Below, one piece after another: positions 9,176 to 19,124 of a stretch of 64,000 bases of DNA (the stretch's first letter is position 1; each line of letters starts with the position of its first letter). Below the pieces are notes generated by a model. The model did no database searches. It was not told where the DNA came from and saw only the letters and a list, made by a program, of their open reading frames with translations. Both the position numbers and the translations under genes were made by a program. Source of the stretch: an uncultured candidate division Zixibacteria bacterium (lineage in GTDB: Bacteria; Zixibacteria; MSB-5A5; GN15; FEB-12); contig CAVQCT010000002.1 of assembly GCA_963711085.1 (NCBI GenBank), positions 1,746,005 through 1,810,004 of the forward strand. Reading direction: 5' to 3'.

Positions 9176-11005
9176 CTATTTCGACTGTTCGGATTTCAGG
9201 CGGAGTTTGGCTTGCTCGATATTGTTGAGCGTATTGATATTATTCGGGTACGCTTTCAACACCTGGTTCCAGGAATCGATCGCCTTCTGGTACTCATGGT
9301 TGCGCATGTACCGGAGCCCGTCGAGATAAAGCGCCCAGATATCCTTGTCCTGCTGCAGATCCTCGAGCGTGGTCGTCTTCTCCTCCGTGACGGCTATCCG
9401 TTTAAGATAGTCGAGCGCGACCGGATTGTTGCTGTCGACTGAAAGGACGGCCGAGAAGGTCGCCTTGGATTTGTCGTACAGTTCGTTGTTGTACTGCTCG
9501 ATTCCCTTGTTGATCTGCTGGGCGATATCGAGGTTCTTGGCAACCTTGCCGCGCAAGGCGAGCACTTCGGCATTCCCCGGATCGAGATCCAGAATCCGGT
9601 TATAGGCCTCGATCGCACTGATGTAATTCCCCTGTTTCTCGGCCTGTCTGGCGGTTTCCATCTCGACCGCGATATCCTTGGACATCGCATCGTCGATCTG
9701 CCGCTTCAGCTCGTTGGCCGCTTCGTGATTCGGGTTGATATCGAAAATCAGGTCAAGCATGTCGAGAGCCGCGCGATAGTATTTCTTGGCGAAGAAGTTC
9801 TCGGCCTGGGCAAGATACGCCTGGACTGATTTGTCGAGTTCGCGCTGCGCTTCTTCGATTCGTCTCTGTTCTTCCTGCTGGAAGTTGATCGAATTTTCGA
9901 TCGCCGCTATCGTCCCGATAATCTCAGCGTCGTGCTCCTTGAACGCCAGGGCCCGCTGATAGTAGGCCAGGGCGGAATCGAGCCGGAAGCGGTTGTAGAA
10001 TTCGTCCGCCTTGTCTTTGTAGAACTCGAACTGCTTGCGTCGCTCGTCTTCGAGCAATATAGATCCTTTCGCCTGCTCGGCCTTCTCCCGTTCCGCCAGC
10101 TGCTGATCGATCGATTTGCCGAGAAGGAAAGAAACCGAGAAGCGATGACTGTCTTCGATATAGCTGAGCATTTTGTAGGCGTAATCAAACCTGAAGCGTT
10201 CGAGCTGAACACCGGCCCCGAACGAGAGATTATCCCGGTCGTACCCGGCCCGCAACATGTAATTGTTGTACAAGGTGAATTCTACACCGGTGTGCACCTC
10301 GACCTCCTTGTTCTCGATCTTCTCCAGATCGAACGAGGCTGCCAGCCGGTCCGTTTTCGAAAGAGCCAGATCATGAACTGCCATTCCGCCGACGATCGAA
10401 ATGGGCGAAGTTTCCGATGAATTCTTGAGCGTTAACTCTGGCGGGACAAGATTCCTGAAGAGGAGACCGAAACTGACCTTCTTGCGGATATGAGCCATCA
10501 TGCCGATGTCGAATCCGAATCCGTAGTCGGAGAGATTATCGAGCGACTGATTTACGATCTTGAAACTCAGACCGGCGGAGACGCTTCCCTGAAGATTCTT
10601 ACCGTACGCCAGAATGACCTCGGAGTTGGAATAGCCGAACGTCCCCTCGTCGGTATAGTCGTTTCTTCGTACAATGTCATTCGTACCGATGCGCATGTAC
10701 CCGATGCCGATGCCGCCAAGTTTAAGATCGGGATAGACCCATCCGCCATAGTCAAAGATCGAGCCTTCGAACAGAGTCATATGCATGGCGGAAAATTCCT
10801 GCCACTGCAGCGAGGCCAGGCCGGCAGGATTGTAGTAGATCGCGCTGGCGTCGTTCGCCAGGGAGGTAAACCCGCCTCCCATACCGAGCGCCCGGGCGCC
10901 CACACCGACGGAGAAGGGTGTTTCCTGCCCAGCCTGATTGACGGCAGAAACCGACACCGTCAGACAGCCGAACAGCAGGGCCAAAAGAAATGCGCGCGTC
11001 TTCAT
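9176..11005 (-). CDS. Outer-membrane FadL/PorV-like beta-barrel fused to C-terminal TPR domain
   Basis: 609 aa. Signal peptide MKTRAFLLALLFGCLTVSVSA, FadL/PorV-type N-terminal signature ARALGMGGGFTSLANDASAIYYNPAGLA, alternating beta-strand pattern to about residue 300, then TPR repeats. Start overlaps the upstream stop (ATGA). Confidence 0.65.
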   Translation of the reverse strand: MKTRAFLLALLFGCLTVSVSAVNQAGQETPFSVGVGARALGMGGGFTSLANDASAIYYNPAGLASLQWQEFSAMHMTLFEGSIFDYGGWVYPDLKLGGIGIGYMRIGTNDIVRRNDYTDEGTFGYSNSEVILAYGKNLQGSVSAGLSFKIVNQSLDNLSDYGFGFDIGMMAHIRKKVSFGLLFRNLVPPELTLKNSSETSPISIVGGMAVHDLALSKTDRLAASFDLEKIENKEVEVHTGVEFTLYNNYMLRAGYDRDNLSFGAGVQLERFRFDYAYKMLSYIEDSHRFSVSFLLGKSIDQQLAEREKAEQAKGSILLEDERRKQFEFYKDKADEFYNRFRLDSALAYYQRALAFKEHDAEIIGTIAAIENSINFQQEEQRRIEEAQRELDKSVQAYLAQAENFFAKKYYRAALDMLDLIFDINPNHEAANELKRQIDDAMSKDIAVEMETARQAEKQGNYISAIEAYNRILDLDPGNAEVLALRGKVAKNLDIAQQINKGIEQYNNELYDKSKATFSAVLSVDSNNPVALDYLKRIAVTEEKTTTLEDLQQDKDIWALYLDGLRYMRNHEYQKAIDSWNQVLKAYPNNINTLNNIEQAKLRLKSEQSK

Positions 11006-14000
11006 TTGACCACCGCCAGTTTTAGACGAGCATGCTCATCGGTCGCAGCATCCCGTATAGACACGATATACACGCCGTTGAAGACCATGATGCCGTCATC
11101 GTTTCGACCATCCCAGTAGATGAAGTTCTCTCCGGATCGTCCGCCTTCACCGCCTGCGGTATAGTCTTTTGCGTAGACCATCTCCCCGGTAAGGGTAAAG
11201 ACGCGGAATTCGACCCTGGCATCGGCCGGCAACTCATAGCTAAATTCAAGGGGAGATTGGATCGGATCAGTTGGGTCAAACGGATTGCTCCTAACAAGGA
11301 ACGACGACTCTAGGCTCGCCCCTTTGATAGCCAGCGACTCATCCATGATCGAACTGCCCGGCTGATCGGATGTTATTACCGGCGCCTGGCCGGCGTTCGG
11401 TCCGGCTATGAACACGGCTTGAATCTGGTCCTTGGCCAGCTCCAGATTCAGCGTTTCCACTTTCGTGTCCTTCAGCTCGGCGACAAAATTCAAGGTTCTG
11501 GTCACACCGGCATCCAATTGGAAATGGTCGAAGGTAAAGACCAGCCGGTTATCACTGGCGGTGGTCATGGCGACTTTTATGCCGTTTTCGAAAAAGCCGG
11601 TGTTGCCGATATTGATCACACTGCGGACATCGACAGGTACACCTTTGCCGTCGCGTGCCAGGATTTCTATTGTGTTTATCAGGAGATCGGCAAGCGGCGA
11701 AGCGCCGCTGTTCGTCAGCTCGAGATCGAAGATCTTCTGGCTCCGGCCGGGAAGGATAAGGCTCGAACCTACCTGAGTGGCATTCACCACCAGCTGGCCC
11801 TCGGAGGAGATCACTCGAACTATGACCGTAAACGTAGTGTCGCCGATCCTGGCCCGGCCACCGAGATTTGCGTCGTTCGGAATACCTGTCAAAGCAAAAG
11901 CAAGGGTAATGGTCGTGTCAAAGCTCGGGGAAGCAAACGAAAAGCTTAGCGGCTTGTCCGCTGAAATGGTCCCGGTTGTGGTATCCGGTTTTATCCGATC
12001 AAAACCGCCTGCGATCATGCGGTAAGTTCCATCGGTAACATCGGCTTGTCCACTGTTTGACAGCACGACACTCAACTGGAAAGCGGTGTTGAAATCTACC
12101 ACCGATGAACTTGCTCCCAGGAGGCTGTACGAGAGGCTCAGATTGGCCGGCGTCTCGATCGTGATGAAGGCGATATTGTCTATAGGTGGAGCCTGGCCGA
12201 CGTCGGAAGAGATGATCTCCGCTCGGAAGACTTCTGCCTGTACCGATACATTGGCCGCCTGGATAGCAAAGAGCACTTCGGAAGTGTCATGGGCTCCTAT
12301 GTCATGAACAACCAGATCAGATTGGAAAATCGAACCGCCGTCGGACGTCAGGCGCACGATAACCGAATCGATCGGAGTCGAAGACGTGTTTGCGACCCGG
12401 CAAGACAACTGGAAGTTTTGCGACGTATTCACCCGGGGGGCATTTGGAGCTACGACGTCCAGGCTGAGTATTTGCGCCACCGGATGCTCCACGACATGGA
12501 TCGGGAAGCCCACCGTGTCAAATGGAACATAGTACAAAAGGGTGTCGGGAATTCCCGGAACGCAATAGTGGACCGAAGCGGCGGTGGAGAGATTATTCCC
12601 GGCTTGATTCTCCGGAATGAAGACGCTGATGCTCGTCAGCGTGTTAGTGCCGGGAATAAAGGTGTCATCGGGACTCTGGAAGAGGGTTGAAATATTGAAT
12701 GCGTCTCCTGAAAGCCGAAAATCAGTGTTCATCGGGCAATAGCTCAGCGGAACGGTGCTCTGCAGATCCAGATCAAAACTGAATGCGCTATTAGTTCCGG
12801 CGAAGACGGTCGACGGACCGAAACTTCCGCTCACATACGAGAAACTCACCGCGGGAATGACTACAATTGAATCGGGGTATTCGTTTTCAAGCGTAAACAG
12901 ATTACCGGAGCTGATTATGTGATAAGTCACCTTGACGAAATAGGTCGTCGGCGCCGCCAGTGTATCGTCGGTGTAAACAACGGGAAGGTCGCGATAGCTT
13001 ATAGTACCCGACCCGATCGAGGAGTAAGTCGGGGATCCGTCGAAAAGCGTGGCGAATGGCGTACCGCCGGAGTCAGGGGCAAGCTGAACCGACAGATGGA
13101 CGCTGTCTATCGACCCTTCGAAACCTTCTTCGAGAATATCCAGCGAAAGATTGAAACCATGTCCGGAGAGTATGGTGTCCGGCTTGAGAGAACCGTTGGC
13201 AACGCTCAAGACCGCTGGTCCGGTTACCACGATCGGGAGCGCAAGCGTATCGGCAACAGAGTAAGCCAGTCCATCGGCGGTGAAATGCGATGATAGCACA
13301 AAGACGAGGGTGTCGCTCGCCGGATAGGTCACGTGAACGGGAAGCTGCAGGGGGAGTGAGTCGACCTGACCTGAAGCGCTGCCGGTAAAACTTGTCTGAA
13401 CTGCTCCTCCTTCGCCGGATCTGAATCGGGCGGAAAGCGTCACCGGGGCATCGGGCTCCAGATTGCCGTTATTTTGTACCGGGACGGTGACGGAAATGTT
13501 GTGACCCGCGACAACGCTGGTAACTGTGCGTCCGGTAAGATCCAGGGCATCGTCAATATCGTAGCCGTTGAAGTGGACGGTAATCGTGTTTGAGTTTAAG
13601 CTGCCATTGGTGGCGTAGATTTGAGCCGCCGAAGTAGCGCCGAGATAGCGGACATTGGCCGACAGCACTCTCACAACTCCACCGATCTGCAAACTGTTGC
13701 TGCTGAGAATACTCGGCACCAGTTGCCCGTCGCTTGAAACCAACGTGATCGGGTTAGCCGCGAGATCGTAATCCTTCTTGAGGTTGTTGTAATGGTCATA
13801 CAGAATGATCGAAGCTGCGGAGCGAAGGACTTTGCCCACAAACTGGGTGTCGGCGACATTCAGCACCATCCGCTCCAGGTCGCCGGCTACAACCGTTATC
13901 TGGCCGGACCTTCCGGAGACGGCCCCTGATATCGCAACGACAACACCGGTACCGGCACGCGTCACAGTCAGCACCGAGTCGTTGAATATCCCGATGCAGT

Positions 14001-14709
14001 TGGTACAGGCTTCGAGTGTCCAGCCGAAAGTCAGGCCGGGAATCGGATTGCCGAATTCGTCATACCCGACAGCACTGAAAGTGATATTGCTGCCCGCTTT
14101 GACCGTGGTGTCATTGTGGGGTATCACGACAATCGAATCAAGAGCGGCCGGGTTTATCGCAAAAGCCAGCGAGAAACCAGGGTTGGGCCGCCCCGCTAAT
14201 TCAGGTTGAGGCTCTACCTCGACCGCGTAGCTGCCGGCTCTTTTCGGATTGATAATACCCGGGAGCTCAAACGATCCTTGTATCCGGTCCGGGTTCGTTG
14301 AGCCGGAACTTTGTGAGGCCGCGATTGCAACCGCAGTGAGTCTAAAATCAATCGATCGGTCTGCCGGGTTGATCTGGTCGATCGTACAGTCTGGGGAGCC
14401 TGACGCTCCGCTTGAATTCTGCGCACTTAGTTTCGAGAGGTCAAACCCTTCCGGCAGAATCAGACGGTAGACACTGCGAGTGTCGGGGACGCTGTCGGCC
14501 CGGATACTGTAAGTAATTTTCAGGCTGGTTTCTTGGCCGGCCACCCTGGAAAGCAGAGCGCAATTCAGGTCTTGAGGCGATGTGGAGTGAGGCTGATCGA
14601 TATCTTCCCGCGAAGCAGTGGTAATTTGCTCCGAAATCGGCTGGGACAGGACAGCGACAGGCAGGAGGAGTGCGAGTGTCAGAAGAAGAGCGTATTTACC
14701 CATTTGCAT
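11002..14709 (-). CDS. Large secreted adhesin-like protein (Big_2/CARDB-like repeats) with T9SS/FlgD-Ig-type C-terminal domain
   Basis: Track ORF runs to 14763. The likely start is MQMGKYALLLTLALLLPVAVLSQ (signal peptide) at 14709. Big_2-like ITFSAVGYDEFGNPIPG. CTD: SNPFDPT...VEFRVFTLTGEMV...YWDGRNDDG...GVYIVSIRD...KLAVVK. Confidence 0.75.
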   Translation of the reverse strand: MQMGKYALLLTLALLLPVAVLSQPISEQITTASREDIDQPHSTSPQDLNCALLSRVAGQETSLKITYSIRADSVPDTRSVYRLILPEGFDLSKLSAQNSSGASGSPDCTIDQINPADRSIDFRLTAVAIAASQSSGSTNPDRIQGSFELPGIINPKRAGSYAVEVEPQPELAGRPNPGFSLAFAINPAALDSIVVIPHNDTTVKAGSNITFSAVGYDEFGNPIPGLTFGWTLEACTNCIGIFNDSVLTVTRAGTGVVVAISGAVSGRSGQITVVAGDLERMVLNVADTQFVGKVLRSAASIILYDHYNNLKKDYDLAANPITLVSSDGQLVPSILSSNSLQIGGVVRVLSANVRYLGATSAAQIYATNGSLNSNTITVHFNGYDIDDALDLTGRTVTSVVAGHNISVTVPVQNNGNLEPDAPVTLSARFRSGEGGAVQTSFTGSASGQVDSLPLQLPVHVTYPASDTLVFVLSSHFTADGLAYSVADTLALPIVVTGPAVLSVANGSLKPDTILSGHGFNLSLDILEEGFEGSIDSVHLSVQLAPDSGGTPFATLFDGSPTYSSIGSGTISYRDLPVVYTDDTLAAPTTYFVKVTYHIISSGNLFTLENEYPDSIVVIPAVSFSYVSGSFGPSTVFAGTNSAFSFDLDLQSTVPLSYCPMNTDFRLSGDAFNISTLFQSPDDTFIPGTNTLTSISVFIPENQAGNNLSTAASVHYCVPGIPDTLLYYVPFDTVGFPIHVVEHPVAQILSLDVVAPNAPRVNTSQNFQLSCRVANTSSTPIDSVIVRLTSDGGSIFQSDLVVHDIGAHDTSEVLFAIQAANVSVQAEVFRAEIISSDVGQAPPIDNIAFITIETPANLSLSYSLLGASSSVVDFNTAFQLSVVLSNSGQADVTDGTYRMIAGGFDRIKPDTTTGTISADKPLSFSFASPSFDTTITLAFALTGIPNDANLGGRARIGDTTFTVIVRVISSEGQLVVNATQVGSSLILPGRSQKIFDLELTNSGASPLADLLINTIEILARDGKGVPVDVRSVINIGNTGFFENGIKVAMTTASDNRLVFTFDHFQLDAGVTRTLNFVAELKDTKVETLNLELAKDQIQAVFIAGPNAGQAPVITSDQPGSSIMDESLAIKGASLESSFLVRSNPFDPTDPIQSPLEFSYELPADARVEFRVFTLTGEMVYAKDYTAGGEGGRSGENFIYWDGRNDDGIMVFNGVYIVSIRDAATDEHARLKLAVVK

Positions 14710-15002
14710 CGATAGCGCGCCTACTATTTTTACCGTACGGAGTTTGATCAACAGATAGTACATAATATCTCAGCAAAGTCTATGCCTCAGAGGGCTTTGG
14801 ACGGCATTTTGCGCCGGAATAAATATCCTCCTTCGGACGAGATATCCACATCGGTAACCAATTAACACGCAAGTATTTAGGAAGTCAGGCAGGTCCCTCG
14901 TTGTCCATCACGTCAGAGACGCAAGCGAATAAGGCGAGAAGAGAAGCGATCGATATGTAAACAGTTGCACTTATGAACTAGCCGTTTGCAGTCAACAAGC
15001 TG

Positions 15003-15896
15003 TCAGCAAATCTTAGCTGAGGCAATGTTCTCGGCGGCAACAACGGTATTGGTCATAAGCATGGCGATTGTCATCGGTCCAACACCGCCCGGAACAGGGG
15101 TAATATACGAAGAAATTTCGGCGCATGCATCAAAATCAACGTCGCCGACCAGTCGGTACCCTTTCTCAGTCGAACTGTCTTCGACCCGGTTCACTCCGAC
15201 ATCGATGATAACTACACCTGGTCTTATCATATCGGCGGTAATGGTGTTGGGTCGACCGATGGCGGCGATGAGAATGTCGGCGCGACGAGTGATCTCGGGG
15301 AGGTTGCGGGAGCGGGAATGGGCCACCGTCACGGTGGCATTGGCATTCTTGGCCTTCTGAATGAGCATGGCGGCAACAGGTTTTCCAACTATGTTTGAGC
15401 GGCCAACGACAACGACTTCTTTCCCTTCGGTCGAGATCTGGTAATGTTCCAGAAGTTTGATAACACCATGCGGCGTACACGGAAGTAGACCGCCTCTTCC
15501 CAGCAGCATCATCCCAACGTTGTACGGGTGGAATCCGTCGACATCCTTTTCCGGATTTATTGTCAACGTCACCGCCAGTTCGTCCATATGCGGCGGAAGC
15601 GGTGATTGAACCAGGATGCCGTGAATTCGTTTGTCTTGATTGAGTCGCTGGACAATCTGCTCCAACTCTTTCTGAGGAATTGATGCATCTTTACGGATCA
15701 CCTCGGAATACATGCCGAGCTTATCGCAGGCTTTCGCCTTGCTCGATACATACGACTCCGACGCCGGATCATCGCCTACCAGGACCGTAGCCAGTCCCGG
15801 GGTTACTCCCCGTTCTTTGAGGGCTTCAATCCGGCTCTTGAGTCCGGTGCGAATCGCTTTGGCTACTTCTTTTCCGTCAATAAGTTGCGCTGCCAT
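15003..15896 (-). CDS. folD: Bifunctional methylene-THF dehydrogenase/methenyl-THF cyclohydrolase
   Basis: 297 aa. MAAQLIDGK start, GLATVLVGDDPAS, VVVGRSNIVGKP, PVPGGVGPMT. Confidence 0.95.
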   Translation of the reverse strand: MAAQLIDGKEVAKAIRTGLKSRIEALKERGVTPGLATVLVGDDPASESYVSSKAKACDKLGMYSEVIRKDASIPQKELEQIVQRLNQDKRIHGILVQSPLPPHMDELAVTLTINPEKDVDGFHPYNVGMMLLGRGGLLPCTPHGVIKLLEHYQISTEGKEVVVVGRSNIVGKPVAAMLIQKAKNANATVTVAHSRSRNLPEITRRADILIAAIGRPNTITADMIRPGVVIIDVGVNRVEDSSTEKGYRLVGDVDFDACAEISSYITPVPGGVGPMTIAMLMTNTVVAAENIASAKIC

Positions 15897-15904
15897 ATCT
15901 AAGC

Positions 15905-16738
15905 CTAAGCTTCATTATCTCCATCAGGACCGTTTCCCTGTACGGTGGAGATATCGAAGTTCTCACGAAACCGTTCGATGAGGAGTGCCTCGCCGTTGGA
16001 AGAATCGATCTTCACCACCACGCCCGAGATCTTGACGTCTTCGGACGCAGTCGAGAATCGAATCGGCAATCCAGTGAGAAATCGATCGACAGAAGGACGA
16101 ATCTGCATGCCGATGACCGATTCATGCGGGCCGGTCATCCCGGCATCGCTCAGATAAGCTGTCCCTCGCCGACTGATTGTCTCATCGGCCGTCTGCACAT
16201 GGGTGTGGGTGCCGATTATAGCTGAGACCGTTCCATCCAGAAAGTACCACATGGCCTGTTTTTCCGAGGTAGCCTCGGCATGGAAATCCACGAAGATGAT
16301 CTCTGTCTGCTCCCGCAAAGCTGCGACCTCACGTTCGGCCGTCCGGAAAGGGCAATCAATGTCTTTCATGTAGGTCCGGCCCATGAGATTCAGCACACCG
16401 ACCTTCACGCCGCCGACGGTATCGACGTAGGATCCGGTGCCCGGCACTCCTCGAGGGAAATTGGCCGGCCGGAGCAGACGGGGCTTTTCTTCGAAATACT
16501 TCAGAATATCCATCCGGTCCCAGATATGGTTGCCGGAGGTCTGCATGTCGACGCCGTAGCTGAAGAATTTGCGGGACATTTCAGGTGTGACCCCGAATCC
16601 ACCGGCGGCGTTCTCGACATTGGCGATCACGTAGTCGATCTCGTAGCGTTCCCGGAGCGGTTTGATCATGTGAGCAGCCGCCTGACGACCGGCCTTACCG
16701 CAAATGTCGGCGACAAAGAGAATATTAAACGATGACAT
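15905..16738 (-). CDS. ymdB: YmdB-family metallophosphoesterase (2',3'-cyclic-nucleotide phosphodiesterase)
   Basis: 277 aa. ILFVADICGKAGR, NVENAAGGFG, SGNHIWD, DFHAEATSEK. Lies downstream of rny as in Bacillus. Confidence 0.85.
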   Translation of the reverse strand: MSSFNILFVADICGKAGRQAAAHMIKPLRERYEIDYVIANVENAAGGFGVTPEMSRKFFSYGVDMQTSGNHIWDRMDILKYFEEKPRLLRPANFPRGVPGTGSYVDTVGGVKVGVLNLMGRTYMKDIDCPFRTAEREVAALREQTEIIFVDFHAEATSEKQAMWYFLDGTVSAIIGTHTHVQTADETISRRGTAYLSDAGMTGPHESVIGMQIRPSVDRFLTGLPIRFSTASEDVKISGVVVKIDSSNGEALLIERFRENFDISTVQGNGPDGDNEA

Positions 16739-16809
16739 CAGAAACAGTCTTTCTAAGCAGGGACGGCAGCGCCGTCCCTACGGAATCTATGTGATACAAA
16801 ACGAGCAGG

Positions 16810-18375
16810 CTACTTGGCGTATTCGGTTGCCCGTGTTTCCCGGATGACCGTCACCTTGATCTGACCGGGATACTGCATTTCTTTTTCGATTTTTTCGGCG
16901 ATATCGGTCGCCAGGATAGTTGTGCCGAGATCATCGAGATTTTCGTTTTCAACGATCACTCTAATCTCGCGCCCGGCCTGAATGGCGTAGGCCTTAGCGA
17001 CTCCCTTGAAACTGTCTGCCAGTTCTTCGAGCTGCTGCAGACGTTTCACGTAAGCCTCGAGCGGCTCGCGGCGGGCACCCGGACGGGCACCTGAGATCGC
17101 ATCGGCTGCTTGTACCAGCACCGGGTACGGACTGTTCATGGGAACATCACCATGATGCGATTCGATCGCGTTAATGACGTAGTCGCTTTCCTTAAAGCGA
17201 CGCATGAAGTCAGCGCCGATTTGTGTATGTGTCCCTTCGGTTTCACGGTCAATTGCCTTGCCGATATCATGAAGCAGACCGCATCGCTTGGCCACCTGAG
17301 CATCGAGTTCCAGCTCAGCCGCCATCAGGCCGCAGAGCATCGCCACTTCTTTTGAATGGGCCAGGACATTCTGACCGTACGAGGTACGGAAATTCAGTTT
17401 GCCCATCTGGTAGATAATCTCCGGATGCAGCCCGTGAATTCCGAGCTCGAAACAGGCCTGCTCGCCCGCTTCGCGCACGATCACTTCCATCTCCTTCTGG
17501 GCTTTTTCTACGACCTCTTCGATTCTGGTCGGGTGAATCCGTCCGTCGGCGATCAGCTTCTCGAGCGCCATACGGGCGATTTCACGGCGGACCGGGTCAT
17601 AGCCCGAAAGAATGACAGCCTCAGGGGTGTCGTCGACAATCACGTCGATTCCAGTGGCCGTTTCGAACGATCTGATATTGCGCCCTTCGCGACCGATGAT
17701 TCTCCCCTTCATTTCATCCGACGGGAGGTTGACCACGGACACGGTCGATTCGACCGTATGGTCGGCGGCACAGCGGTAGATAGCGGAGAGGATAATCTCT
17801 TTGACTTCCTTCTCAGCGTCTTGTTCCGCCTTCTCTTTAATCTCTTTTATGTGCGCGGCAGCCTCAGCCTTGGCGGCGTGAATCATGTTGTCCATCAGTT
17901 GCCGCTTGGCTTCCTCGGGGGTCATCTGTGCGATTTTCTGCAGCTTGTCGTTTTGAGCATCGATTATGTGGGTGAGTTCGTTCTCCCTCAGCTCGATTCC
18001 TTTTTCGCGGGCCAGCAGGTTCTTCTCACGGGTGGAAAATTCTTTGTCCCGGACTTCGAGAAAGTCGAGTTTCTTTTGAAGTCCTGCCTGCTGAGTGTCA
18101 AGCCGTTTCTCGAGATCCTCGAGCTGACGCCGCTTCTTCTCCGACTCGGTCTCGAACTCCGCTTTGAGTTTCAGCCACTCTTCGCGCGCTTCAAGGACCG
18201 CCTCTTTCTTCCGGATCTTGGCTTCATTTTCAGCTTCGTTAATTATCTTCTTCGCTGCGGCCTCGGCTTCGCTCAGTTTCGACGCGTTGGCCCGACGCGC
18301 GAGATAACCGAACAACAGGAACGAGGCAACACCCACAACCGCGGCGACCGCAACTAGGATTATGGTGTCAGTCAT
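16810..18375 (-). CDS. rny: Ribonuclease Y
   Basis: 521 aa. N-terminal TM, coiled coil, KH ([15 protein letters not shown]), HD (LLHDIGKA). Confidence 0.95.
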   Translation of the reverse strand: MTDTIILVAVAAVVGVASFLLFGYLARRANASKLSEAEAAAKKIINEAENEAKIRKKEAVLEAREEWLKLKAEFETESEKKRRQLEDLEKRLDTQQAGLQKKLDFLEVRDKEFSTREKNLLAREKGIELRENELTHIIDAQNDKLQKIAQMTPEEAKRQLMDNMIHAAKAEAAAHIKEIKEKAEQDAEKEVKEIILSAIYRCAADHTVESTVSVVNLPSDEMKGRIIGREGRNIRSFETATGIDVIVDDTPEAVILSGYDPVRREIARMALEKLIADGRIHPTRIEEVVEKAQKEMEVIVREAGEQACFELGIHGLHPEIIYQMGKLNFRTSYGQNVLAHSKEVAMLCGLMAAELELDAQVAKRCGLLHDIGKAIDRETEGTHTQIGADFMRRFKESDYVINAIESHHGDVPMNSPYPVLVQAADAISGARPGARREPLEAYVKRLQQLEELADSFKGVAKAYAIQAGREIRVIVENENLDDLGTTILATDIAEKIEKEMQYPGQIKVTVIRETRATEYAK

Positions 18376-18476
18376 CAGGTCCTCCCGTCCGACACGGAAG
18401 CTGTCGAACGTTCAATCTATTCTGAGAAAAGTGGGAAGAAGAAATAGGATATGAAAAGCGAGTCTTTGCTAATGGC

Positions 18477-18770
18477 TCACGCTCTTCCGGCCAGCGCCCG
18501 GTCAAGCCGTTCGATCATCGAATCGATGTGATCGCCAAGTTGCTCCTGAGATTTATCCAACCGATCCCGGTTCTCATACAACTCGGAGGCTATCGACATC
18601 GCCGCCAGGATGGCAACTTTATCGCGCGCCGCAACTCTGCTGCTTTGCGCCGTCTCCTTCATCCTGGAATCGACAAAATCCGCAACTCTGGAAATATACG
18701 ATGGATCATTCCCCCCGACTATCGGGTACTCCTCGCCGTATATCTTCACCGTTACTTTATTTTCACTCAT
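18477..18770 (-). CDS. zapA: Cell-division protein ZapA
   Basis: 97 aa. VTVKIYGEEYPIVGG and ILAAMSIASEL are typical of ZapA. Confidence 0.85.
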   Translation of the reverse strand: MSENKVTVKIYGEEYPIVGGNDPSYISRVADFVDSRMKETAQSSRVAARDKVAILAAMSIASELYENRDRLDKSQEQLGDHIDSMIERLDRALAGRA

Positions 18771-18882
18771 ACAATCAGCGCAGGCCTATAAGCAAGTACT
18801 AACCTTCTATTCTCTTATCCCACCACTACATAGTTGAAATGGTACGAAAACGCTATAAATTAAGTCAAGTAAAAAAGAGGGA

Positions 18883-19123
18883 TCAGGCCAGGTTCTCGAG
18901 CTGATCCAACCGACCCAAGATGCTCGTCAGTTTGGTCCGGATCGCTTCGGACCGATCACTTTCTGTCGTGCGAAGGGAGTCGTAGTCCCGGCGAAGCTTC
19001 TGGATTTCCTCTTTCAACTGCTCGTTTTCCTGGTGCAGACCGAGATTCTGCTGCTTCAGTTGTTCATAGCTTTCGATAAACTGGTCGAGCCTGCTTGACA
19101 GTATATTCAGCTTTGTCTTCCAT
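18883..19123 (-). CDS. ZapB-like coiled-coil protein, apparent 1-nt frameshift after codon 4
   Basis: Not in the ORF track. ATG at 19123 lies 1 nt after the pheT stop (TAG T ATG) and gives MEDK. The long coiled-coil frame (LNILSSRLDQFIESYEQLKQQNLGLHQENEQLKEEIQKLRRDYDSL...LENLA*) runs 19110..18883 in the +1 frame and has no ATG/GTG/TTG near its start. Confidence 0.4.
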
Positions 19124-19124
19124 A

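Noticed and set aside
14764-15002. 239-nt gap between folD and the adhesin gene, examined for small ORFs, terminators and promoters.
   Set aside because: Only a weak TTGACT with no acceptable -10, and no convincing hairpin or ORF.
18376-18476. Looked for a 6S RNA (ssrS) downstream of zapA, as in enterobacteria.
   Set aside because: The gap to rny is only ~100 nt, too short for a ~180-nt 6S RNA, and I saw no long imperfect hairpin.
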